Shown here: positions 17,786 to 25,092 of the stretch, piece after piece | How the letters are laid out: every line of letters begins with the position of its first letter | How positions within the stretch are numbered: position 1 is the first letter of the stretch | Origin: Gaiellaceae bacterium | Lineage (GTDB): Bacteria > Actinomycetota > Thermoleophilia > Gaiellales > Gaiellaceae | Assembly (NCBI GenBank): GCA_039914895.1 | Contig: JBDSOJ010000244.1 | Location: forward strand, 1 to 39,527 | Length of the DNA: 39,527 nucleotides | Reading direction: 5' to 3' | Position numbers and translations under genes: made by a program | Notes under the pieces: generated by a model | Database searches by the model: none | What the model was told of the DNA's origin: nothing | What the model saw: only the letters and a program-made list of their open reading frames with translations

Positions 17786-18063
17786 CGCTCGGCCCTCCCG
17801 GAGAGCGCGCCCCAGACGGCGCCGGCCACGGCCCCGCCGAGCGCCGCCGGCGACGCGGCCGGCGCGTCGACGGCCGGGAGCCGGCGGAACGCCTCCGCGC
17901 GCGGAGCGAGCGTGGCGCCGGAGCGCACCCACTGCTCGGCGAGCAAGGCCAGCTGCGCCTCGAGCGCGGCCACCGCTGCACGGGCCTGCTCCGGCGGGAC
18001 GCCGCGGAGCACCACTTCGTCCACCACGAGCTCGAGCCGCCCAGGGATCATGTCCGCGCTCAC
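17782..18063 (-). CDS. Small hypothetical protein (93 aa) coupled to both the ATPase and the DUF4157 gene
   Basis: GTGA overlaps occur at both ends (18063/18060 and 17785/17782), with an alternative ATG at 18051. The sequence contains GRLELVVDEVVLRGVPPEQARAAVAALEAQLALL. I recognise no family. Confidence 0.55.
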   Translation of the reverse strand: MSADMIPGRLELVVDEVVLRGVPPEQARAAVAALEAQLALLAEQWVRSGATLAPRAEAFRRLPAVDAPAASPAALGGAVAGAVWGALSGRAER

Positions 18064-19988
18064 GTCAGGCCCGCCGTCTCCGCCGCGGTCAGCGGCCGCT
18101 CCGACTTGGCGTACTCGACCTGCGCGGCGCGAAGCACGTGCGCCGGGGTCACCGGCGTCCCCTGCTCGGCGGCCCCGAACGCGGCCGAGAGGGCGATCGC
18201 CCGAATCGACCCGCCGGGTAGGGTCAGCCGCGCCAGCCGGTCTGGGTCGACGCCCTCGAGCGGCGTCGCCGCGGGGAAGACGCGCCGCCAGATCTCGGCG
18301 CGCTGTCCGGCGTCCGGGAAGGGGAACTGAACGACGAAGCGCAACCGCCGCAGGAACGCTCGGTCGAGGTTGCTGCGCAGGTTCGAGGTCAGGATCGCAA
18401 GCCCGCGATACGACTCCATCCGCTGGAGGAGATAGGCGACCTCGAGGTTCGCGTAGCGGTCGTGCCCGTCCCTCACCTCGCCGCGCTTGCCGAACAGCGC
18501 GTCCGCCTCGTCGAAGAGGAGGACGGCCCCGCCGGCCTCGGCGGCGTCGAACAGGCGACGCAGGTTCTTCTCGGTCTCGCCGATGTACTTGCTGACGGTC
18601 GCCGAGAGGTCGATCCGGTAGAGATCGAGCTCGAGGTCGGCTGCGAGCACCTCCGCGGCCATCGTCTTGCCTGTGCCGCTCTCACCCGTGAAGAGCGCCG
18701 TGACGCCGAGCCCGCGGGCGCTGCGCTCGCCGAAGCCCCAGCGCTCGTAGACCTGGGTGCGGTGGCGGACGTGGCGGGCGACCTCGCGCAGCAGCTCCGT
18801 CTGGCCGGCGGGCAGAACGAGCTCGTCCCAATTCGCCGTCGGCTCGATGCGCTCGGCGAGGCCGTCCAGGCGGACGCGGGCGCGCTCACGGCAGAGGCGC
18901 CTGAAGGTCACAGGGAGGTCGACTCCGTCGGCCGACGACGACAGCTCCCGCACGACGGCGTCGACGGCCGCGGCACCGAGCCGATAATGCTGCGCAGCCT
19001 GCTCCACCTCGGCTTCGAGGGTCTTCGAGAGGTCTGCTCCGAGGCTGCGGCGCCAGAGCGCGCGCTGCTCGGCCGGCGAGGGCAGCGCCACAGAGCGGCG
19101 GAGCTCGACCCGGCCCGGGATGCGCTCGTCGTGCTCGCCGACGAGGACGACGAGCGGGCTCTCGAGCAGATCGAGCAGGGCAGCGACCGCGGGTTCGCTC
19201 CCGCGTTCCGCGTCCACGACCGGGAGTCCGTTGAGCAGCAATGCCTCGCGGTCGACGAGCCGAGCCAGCTCCGCGAGCTCGGGTCCGGGCGGCGGCAGCG
19301 CCTCGGCGCGAACGAGGAGCGTCAGGCGCTCGAGCTGGGCGGCGAGCTGCTGTGCGACGCCCAGACGCGCCTCGGCGTCATCGCCCTCGAGGCGCACGAC
19401 GACCGGGGCGCCGGTGCCGGCCGCGGTCCGGGCGAGCTCCTCCCCCAGCTGTCGTTGTGACGGCGTCAGCGATGGCGACCCGAAGGCGGTCCGCAGCAGC
19501 CCGTCGAGGCGCGGGTCGGGCGAGGGCATCCCCGTCAGCTGCTGGAGCACGCGCTCGTCGAGCTGCAACCGGCGGCTCGCCAGCGTCGGCCCCGGCCCCA
19601 ACTCGAGCAGCCGCCAGCGACGGAGGGGCGAGCGGAGAGACAGAGCGCTCCAGTGCGGGTCCGGCAGGGCGGTCAGCGCCAGCCCGAAGGTCGGCCGCGG
19701 ATCTGCGGCACCGAGCAGCTCGGCGGCAAGCAACGCGACCTCCCCGTCGAGCTCGACGGCAGCGCAGAGGAGGAGGAGCTGCCGCTCGAACGGCGACAGC
19801 CCGAGCAGCCGAGCGAGCCGGTCGGCGGCCGGTTCGATTGCCGGCGGCTCGCCTGGGTCGCGCCGCGGCGGTGCTTCTCCGTCGCGGTAGGCGAGAAGCA
19901 GCGCGCGCGCGTGCGCGATCTCGCCGGACAGCCACTCCTGTTCGAGCTCGACGTACGTGAGCTCGAGCCGCTCGGCCACGGCGGTCAT
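18060..19988 (-). CDS. AAA+ ATPase (Afp15-like CIS assembly ATPase)
   Basis: The real start is the ATG at 19988, overlapping the cap-gene stop (ATGA); the track ORF runs on to 21308. The protein has Walker A GESGTGKT and Walker B LLFDEADALF, followed by SNLRSNLDRAFLRRLRF. Confidence 0.9.
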   Translation of the reverse strand: MTAVAERLELTYVELEQEWLSGEIAHARALLLAYRDGEAPPRRDPGEPPAIEPAADRLARLLGLSPFERQLLLLCAAVELDGEVALLAAELLGAADPRPTFGLALTALPDPHWSALSLRSPLRRWRLLELGPGPTLASRRLQLDERVLQQLTGMPSPDPRLDGLLRTAFGSPSLTPSQRQLGEELARTAAGTGAPVVVRLEGDDAEARLGVAQQLAAQLERLTLLVRAEALPPPGPELAELARLVDREALLLNGLPVVDAERGSEPAVAALLDLLESPLVVLVGEHDERIPGRVELRRSVALPSPAEQRALWRRSLGADLSKTLEAEVEQAAQHYRLGAAAVDAVVRELSSSADGVDLPVTFRRLCRERARVRLDGLAERIEPTANWDELVLPAGQTELLREVARHVRHRTQVYERWGFGERSARGLGVTALFTGESGTGKTMAAEVLAADLELDLYRIDLSATVSKYIGETEKNLRRLFDAAEAGGAVLLFDEADALFGKRGEVRDGHDRYANLEVAYLLQRMESYRGLAILTSNLRSNLDRAFLRRLRFVVQFPFPDAGQRAEIWRRVFPAATPLEGVDPDRLARLTLPGGSIRAIALSAAFGAAEQGTPVTPAHVLRAAQVEYAKSERPLTAAETAGLT

Positions 19989-21298
19989 GCCGGCACCGTC
20001 ACGGACTGCGCCGGATCGAAGGCAGGCGGCTCCGCCGTCCGGTCGACGAGGAGGCTCTCGACTCCGTCCACGGTCAGCCGCACCCACTGCGCGCCCGGTG
20101 GGACGACGCCCAGCTCGAAGGTCAGCGTCGAGGCTGCCGCCGGGTGGGGCTCGGCGAGGGCGGTGTCGCCGCCGAGGGTGAGGCGTGCCTCCTGCGCGGG
20201 CCGCACCTGGGGTGCGACGTCGAGCGTGACGGTCACGCGCCCGGTTCCGGCATCGCGGGTGACGGTTGTGGGCGGCAGGTCGGGCTCGGGCGCGAGCAGC
20301 AGCGCGGCCACGTTCGACTCGCGAGGGTCGATCTCGCCGGGCCGGACGAGTGAGACCGTGACCGTGTACAGGCCGGGCGGCAAGGCCTGCTCGGCGGCTG
20401 CTCCGGACGGGAGAGTCACGTCGATGCCGGTGCGGTCGGCGTTCGCGCCCACTACGAGCTCGTGCGACTGGTCGAGCAGGCGGTGGGCGAGCCGCACCAC
20501 GGTCGACGTGCCGTCGAGATGGTGGCCCGCGAGCCGCACCGTCTCGCCGAGACGGGCGGCGGGCTGGCCGGCCGACGGAACTGCGCGCTCGACAGTCGGG
20601 TACGGCGGCACGAGGCTCGGCTCGACGACGACGCCGCGATCGCGACCGGTGGGGAGGTCGACCGGGCCGCGCGACATGACGGGGAGCGGCGTCCGCGACG
20701 GTTTGCGCGCCTCGATCAGCACGACCGACACGAGATAGGCCGCGGTCGGCCGGTAGTGGGCCTGCATCGCCGACCACAGCCGCGACAGCTCCTCCGTGTC
20801 CATCGGCTCGAGCGTCACGGTGAGCGCCTCCAGCTGGTCGGCGAGGTCGGAGGCCGTGAGCGCCTGGAACGCCGGCGGTAGGATCGACGGGCCGAGCGGG
20901 CTCGGCTCGAGCGCCGTACGGATCGCCGCGCGGTCGAGCACGGGGCGCTCGTGGAGCAAGTGCATCGCGTAGCCGAGCAGGATCTCGGCCTGGAAGTCGG
21001 CTGCGCCGTAGGCCGTGAGCAGGTAGTGCAGGTCGAGCGCCAGCGGCGGGTTGGTCAGCCTCGCGCCGTTGCCGTCGTACGCGGGGAGCTCGGCGTTCCG
21101 CCAGCCCTGGTTCGGGCTGGTGCGGTAGAGGAAGAGGTTGAGCGAGGGGGGCGCATCCGGCTCGTCGAGCTTGATCGTGTCCGGGGCGACGGCGGTAACA
21201 GCGACGGAGCCCAGCGGCGCGCCGACGTCGACGAGGCCGTTGTCGAGCAGGTTCCGGAGCACCGCGCTCACAGCACCGATCGCCAATGGGCTGCTCAC
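19985..21298 (-). CDS. DUF4255 (Pvc16/Afp16-like) tail terminator/cap protein
   Basis: The N-domain carries AVSAVLRNLLDNGL...PPSLNLFLYRTSPNQGWRN...PPLALDLHYLLTAYG, the hallmark of DUF4255. The GTG at 21298 overlaps the upstream stop. Confidence 0.85.
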   Translation of the reverse strand: MSSPLAIGAVSAVLRNLLDNGLVDVGAPLGSVAVTAVAPDTIKLDEPDAPPSLNLFLYRTSPNQGWRNAELPAYDGNGARLTNPPLALDLHYLLTAYGAADFQAEILLGYAMHLLHERPVLDRAAIRTALEPSPLGPSILPPAFQALTASDLADQLEALTVTLEPMDTEELSRLWSAMQAHYRPTAAYLVSVVLIEARKPSRTPLPVMSRGPVDLPTGRDRGVVVEPSLVPPYPTVERAVPSAGQPAARLGETVRLAGHHLDGTSTVVRLAHRLLDQSHELVVGANADRTGIDVTLPSGAAAEQALPPGLYTVTVSLVRPGEIDPRESNVAALLLAPEPDLPPTTVTRDAGTGRVTVTLDVAPQVRPAQEARLTLGGDTALAEPHPAAASTLTFELGVVPPGAQWVRLTVDGVESLLVDRTAEPPAFDPAQSVTVPA

Positions 21299-21987
21299 GG
21301 GCCACCACGCTCGCCGCGCAGGTAGTCCGACAGGGACAGAGCGTCCTCGCCCGCGGGTTCGCGCTGCTGCGGCCGAGCCGGCGCCTCGTCGTGGAGATTC
21401 GCTCGGACTTCGAGCCGGCCGATCCGAATGTGCACCGTCGGCTGATCCGGAGCGGGCGCGCTCCGGGAGGAGCGAATGGCGGCGGCCGTGAGGATGGCCG
21501 GAGCGGCCGGCGCCGGCGACGCCGCGGCGGCAGCGACCGCGGGATTGGGTGGATCGAGAACCTCGATCAACCCCTCCACGGGGTTGGCGACGGTCGGTTG
21601 CGGCTGCTCGCCCACCTCGCCTCCGACGTCGACCGACGCGTCGAGCACCGGCGTCTGTGGCTTCGCGGCCCGCCGCGGTTCCGGCGCGGGCTGAGCCACG
21701 CTGCGCGCTTGGCGTCGAGGTGGGAGACGCACCGGGTTTGCCGCTACCGCGCTCCCGTCCACGACCGGACCGTAAGTAGCCGTCGGCTCGAAAAGCGGCA
21801 TTCGCACCGGCCGGCCGGATTCGCCGGGCGCGCTGCGGGGAGCCGGTGCCACGACCTCGTCCTCCGCGACCGCCAGCGCGGACGTCGAGTCCGAGCCGGG
21901 ATCCTCGAACAGGGCGGGCAGCCGAGGTTGGGCCACAGGGGCCTCGCCGACGGCGCGGGCGGCCATCCGTGCGATGAAGTCAGTCAC
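21295..21987 (-). CDS. Hypothetical Pro/Ala-rich protein; candidate (short) tape-measure/assembly protein
   Basis: The protein is 230 aa. Its N-terminus is TDFIARMAARAVGEAPVAQPRLPALFE and its C-terminus is TVHIRIGRLEVRANL. It has a low-complexity middle, and GTGA overlaps at both ends. The functional call rests only on position and on remembered end motifs. Confidence 0.5.
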   Translation of the reverse strand: MTDFIARMAARAVGEAPVAQPRLPALFEDPGSDSTSALAVAEDEVVAPAPRSAPGESGRPVRMPLFEPTATYGPVVDGSAVAANPVRLPPRRQARSVAQPAPEPRRAAKPQTPVLDASVDVGGEVGEQPQPTVANPVEGLIEVLDPPNPAVAAAAASPAPAAPAILTAAAIRSSRSAPAPDQPTVHIRIGRLEVRANLHDEAPARPQQREPAGEDALSLSDYLRGERGGP

Positions 21988-22724
21988 GCTCCGCCCTCAT
22001 GCGCGAGCCGGAGATACGCAGCCCGCCGCTCGTCGCCGAGGCCGAGGGTCTCCGACTCGGTCCAGCCGAAGGCCCCGGCGAGAACTGCGACCTCGCGCAG
22101 GAGCCGCTCGGCGCTGGCGCACACCTCCGCCCAGACGAAGCCGGCGAGGTCGAGGTCGGCCACGAACGAGGCGCTGCAGGCGGGGCACGTGACGTCCACG
22201 AGCACCTCCGCGAGCGGGTCGCCGGCAGCCATGGCTCGCGCGACCGCGGCGCGCGCGGCCGCCGGGAGCGGATCGACCGCGTCCTCGCCGTCCGGCGCCG
22301 TCACGGAGAGCACGCAGCGCGCGAGCAGGATCCGCTCGGCGCCGGCCGTGTCGTTCGCCGCGGAGGCCGCTGCGAGATCGCGGCTATCAGGTGCGCGCCA
22401 GCGGATGAGGTAGCCGTCCACCTCGACCGGCCCCTGCTCCGACCGGCCGGCGTCTGCCGCGAGGATCTCGTCGGCGTCGGCGGCGAACTCGACCCAGCCG
22501 CCGCAGCCGGGGCAGGCGGCGGTCCCGACGAGACTGCGGCCGGCCAGCTCGGTGCGGAGCCGGAGGAGCCTGGCGTCGCGAGCTCCGAGCGGCAGGCTCG
22601 CAAGCTCGTCCACTTCCACCGGCGGGCCGCCGGCCGCCGCGAGCGCCAACGTGCGCTCGACGAGATCCAGGTGCTCAGCCCGTTCCCAGAGATCGAGCAC
22701 GGCGGCTGCCTGGAGCCCTGCCAT
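21984..22724 (-). CDS. Hypothetical protein with two CxxC pairs (zinc-ribbon-like), CIS-associated
   Basis: The protein is 246 aa. CPGCGG and CPACSAS lie about 120 aa apart. GAGGA precedes the ATG at 22724, 11 nt after the tube stop. Confidence 0.6.
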   Translation of the reverse strand: MAGLQAAAVLDLWERAEHLDLVERTLALAAAGGPPVEVDELASLPLGARDARLLRLRTELAGRSLVGTAACPGCGGWVEFAADADEILAADAGRSEQGPVEVDGYLIRWRAPDSRDLAAASAANDTAGAERILLARCVLSVTAPDGEDAVDPLPAAARAAVARAMAAGDPLAEVLVDVTCPACSASFVADLDLAGFVWAEVCASAERLLREVAVLAGAFGWTESETLGLGDERRAAYLRLAHEGGA

Positions 22725-22735
22725 CGTCCTCGCGC

Positions 22736-23257
22736 CTACGGCTCGGAGAACTGCGGCTCGGTGGGCTCGGGCACTTCGTAATCGCGCTCCCAGCCCTCAT
22801 GCTCGAGCTTGAGGGTCTGGATCGCCACGGCGTTCGCGTTCGCGTCCAGGTCGGGCAGGCCCTGGTACTCCGAGACCCAGGCCCGGTAGACCTTGTACGC
22901 GACGACGAGCTGCCCCGCCTCGTTGTAGACGTCGATGATCATGTCCTTGCGGAAGTCCTTCAGCGAGACCTCCGCCCCGAGCCCCGACCCGAAGTTCCAG
23001 ACCTTGTTGGCCCACGACTCGAACTCCGTGTCGTGCGTGACGCCGCGCTCGAGGGTGATCGCCTCGTACTTCGTCCGACCGGGCGACTTCCGGCTGGTCG
23101 ACGGGTCGCCGCCCTCACGATGCTCGACCACCTCGGTCGTGCGCTTCAGCGCGCCCACCTTGCTCACGCCGGCGACGTACCGGCCGTCCCACTTGACCCG
23201 GAACTTGAAGTTCTTGTAGGGGTCGAAGCGCTGTGCGTTGACACTGAACTGGGCCAT
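22736..23257 (-). CDS. Tail tube protein (T4 gp19 / Afp1-like)
   Basis: These are the last 173 codons of track ORF 22736..24820. The protein starts MAQFSVNAQRFDPYKNFKFRVKWDGRYVAGVSKVGALKRTTEVVEHREGGDPSTSRKSPGRTKYEAITLERGVTHD, the classic gp19-like tube signature. The ATG shares one base with the sheath TGA at 23257. Confidence 0.9.
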   Translation of the reverse strand: MAQFSVNAQRFDPYKNFKFRVKWDGRYVAGVSKVGALKRTTEVVEHREGGDPSTSRKSPGRTKYEAITLERGVTHDTEFESWANKVWNFGSGLGAEVSLKDFRKDMIIDVYNEAGQLVVAYKVYRAWVSEYQGLPDLDANANAVAIQTLKLEHEGWERDYEVPEPTEPQFSEP

Positions 23258-24786
23258 CATGCGCTCCCCGTTTGGCCAGCCATCTGCTGGAGCTTGAGCA
23301 CGACGAACTCCGCCGGCTTCAACGGCGCGAAGCCGACGATGATGTTGACGATGCCGAGGTTGACGTCGTCCTGCGTGGTCGACTCGGCGTCGCACTTGAC
23401 GAAGTACGCCTCCCGCGGCGTGGTCCCCGCGAACGCGCCCTGCCGGAAGAGGTTGTTCATGAAGGCGCCGACGTTGAGCCGGATCTGCGCCCAGAGAGGC
23501 GCGTCGTTCGGCTCGAACACGACCCACTGCGTGCCGCGATAGAGCGACTCCTCGAGGAAGAGCGCGGTGCGGCGCACCGGTAGGTACTTCCATTCCGAGG
23601 TCAGTCGATCCGACCCCTCCCGCGTCCGCGCACCCCAGACGACGTGACCCGCTGCGGGCGCTGCGCGCAGGCAGTTGACGCCGAGCGGGTTGAGCCGGCC
23701 GATCTCGAGATCGGTGAGCGGCACGGCGAGCTCTGCGACGCCGCTCAGCGTCGCCTCGAGGCCGGCGGGTGCCTTCCACACGCCGCGGGTGGCGTCGGTG
23801 CGCGCGATCACCCCCGCGATCGCCCCCGCCGGCGAGAACGTGCCGAGCTGGTCGTCCCGGAGCGGGTCGAGCTGGCGGATGCGCGGGAAGTACACGGCCG
23901 CGTTCTTGCTGCTCGTGAAGGAGGCCGCAGTGGCGCCCGTCTCCGCGTCGCCGATCGTCAGCCACGCGGCGGGCGGACCCATGACGACCACCGCGCGACG
24001 CTCGGTCGCGTACGAGATCGTGTCCGCGAGCACGTCCGAGTCGACGTCGTTGCCCGCCGTGTACGGCGGCACGACGACGAGGTTGACGAGGTCGACCTTC
24101 TCGAGCGCATACAGGCCCTTCTTGTTCGCGCGCAGGTTCGCGCCGGTCGTGTAGAGCAGCTTGTCCAGCGGGTTGCCGTCGTTCCCGTTCGCGGCTGCCT
24201 GGGTGACGGGGAAGGACGACTGCGGTTGCGTCGGCAGCGCGCCGGTCATGCGGACGAGCGTCGACTCCGCGGCGAGCACGAGGTCGACGCGGCGCGGGCT
24301 CCCGACGGCGAAGGACACGTTCCGGAAGACCTCGGTCTTGCCCATCACGGGATCGCTGTCCGTCACGGTGAGGTTGAACAGCGTCGCGTCCGAGGTGTCC
24401 TTGACCTGATCGTCGATCGTCGCGTCCAGCTTCAAGCCCCAGGCGCCGGGCGATGCGGCCTCGAGGGCCACCTGACGGGTGCCGGCCCCAAGCGAGATCG
24501 ACGCGGTGTCGTTCGCCTTCGGCTTGTGCACCCGCACGACGATCGCCATCGAGCCGCCGTGGCGGTAGAAGTCGCGGACGGCGTAACCCAGGGTGCTCTC
24601 GACCCAGAGCCCCCCGAAGATCCGTTCGAAGTCGGCGTACGACGTGATCGTCACCGGCTCGTCGATGCGACCTCGCAAGGCGCTTCCGACGAAGGCTGTG
24701 ATCGAGGTCGCAACCCCGGTGATGGTGCGGACGCCGCTCGGGAGTTCCTCGACGTAGACACCTGGATAGGTCAGCGTGCTCGGCAT
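23257..24786 (-). CDS. Contractile tail sheath protein
   Basis: I prefer the start at ATG 24786 (MPSTLTYPGVYVEELPSG) because GAGGAGGAGG lies 4-13 nt upstream; the track ORF starts at 24813. TYPGVYVEE is the sheath N-terminal hallmark, and the C-terminal region is GLNPLGVNCLR...GHVVWGARTR. Confidence 0.92.
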   Translation of the reverse strand: MPSTLTYPGVYVEELPSGVRTITGVATSITAFVGSALRGRIDEPVTITSYADFERIFGGLWVESTLGYAVRDFYRHGGSMAIVVRVHKPKANDTASISLGAGTRQVALEAASPGAWGLKLDATIDDQVKDTSDATLFNLTVTDSDPVMGKTEVFRNVSFAVGSPRRVDLVLAAESTLVRMTGALPTQPQSSFPVTQAAANGNDGNPLDKLLYTTGANLRANKKGLYALEKVDLVNLVVVPPYTAGNDVDSDVLADTISYATERRAVVVMGPPAAWLTIGDAETGATAASFTSSKNAAVYFPRIRQLDPLRDDQLGTFSPAGAIAGVIARTDATRGVWKAPAGLEATLSGVAELAVPLTDLEIGRLNPLGVNCLRAAPAAGHVVWGARTREGSDRLTSEWKYLPVRRTALFLEESLYRGTQWVVFEPNDAPLWAQIRLNVGAFMNNLFRQGAFAGTTPREAYFVKCDAESTTQDDVNLGIVNIIVGFAPLKPAEFVVLKLQQMAGQTGSA

Positions 24787-24813
24787 GCAGCCTCCTCCTC
24801 GTGTGCCCGGCAA

Positions 24814-24855
24814 GCGTCACACCCGCGCGTCACGACGGCGTCACCCACCCGTCAC
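24814..24855 (-). promoter_or_regulatory. Four phased heptamer repeats (GTGACGC/G on the coding strand) upstream of the sheath gene; candidate SARP operator
   Basis: On the plus strand, GCGTCAC occurs at 24814, 24827 and 24838, and CCGTCAC at 24849. The spacings are 13, 11 and 11 nt. The last repeat ends 27 nt from the sheath ATG. A SARP gene is adjacent. Confidence 0.35.
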
Positions 24856-25054
24856 CAGCGCGGGCCAGCTCGTCGAGCCAGCGCCGTACCTCCGCCGCGA
24901 TCTCCTCCGCGCCCGCGGCCGCGACGCTGACGCGGTTTGGCCGGGTGACGTCGAGTGTGGACGTGATGCGCGCAGCGACGCACGGCGGCGTGCCGTGCAA
25001 CCAGGCGTGCACGACGAGCAGGGCCGCCGAATCGGGAACCGCAACCCTTGGCAT
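24830..25054 (-). CDS. Hypothetical small ORF (74 aa) between the regulator and the sheath
   Basis: The ORF has an ATG start and GC3-rich codons, and the C-terminal part looks plausible (AEEIAAEVRRWLDELARAGDGW). I recognise no family and see no clear ribosome-binding site. Confidence 0.3.
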   Translation of the reverse strand: MPRVAVPDSAALLVVHAWLHGTPPCVAARITSTLDVTRPNRVSVAAAGAEEIAAEVRRWLDELARAGDGWVTPS

Positions 25055-25092
25055 CAGACGAATGGTGCTAGGTCGCCGTCACCGGATCGTCT

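Noticed and set aside
19989-21308. N-terminal extension of the ATPase ORF 18060..21308
   Set aside because: It overlaps the DUF4255 cap gene in another frame and is Arg/Pro-rich. An ATGA-coupled start at 19988 gives a sensible MTAVAERLELTYVELEQ N-terminus.
510-24786. The tail cluster as a defective prophage, an R-type tailocin or a T6SS
   Set aside because: There are no head, portal, terminase, holin/endolysin or TssB/C, ClpV or TssJLM-type genes in the window. The DUF4255 cap, the Afp15-like AAA+ ATPase and the DUF4157 cargo gene are eCIS hallmarks. A prophage cannot be fully excluded without sequence beyond the window.
23258-24820. Upstream 520 aa of track ORF 22736..24820
   Set aside because: It is out of frame with the sheath gene, which has unmistakable sheath motifs, and its translation is Arg/Gly-rich nonsense. 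The real tube gene starts at the ATG at 23257.
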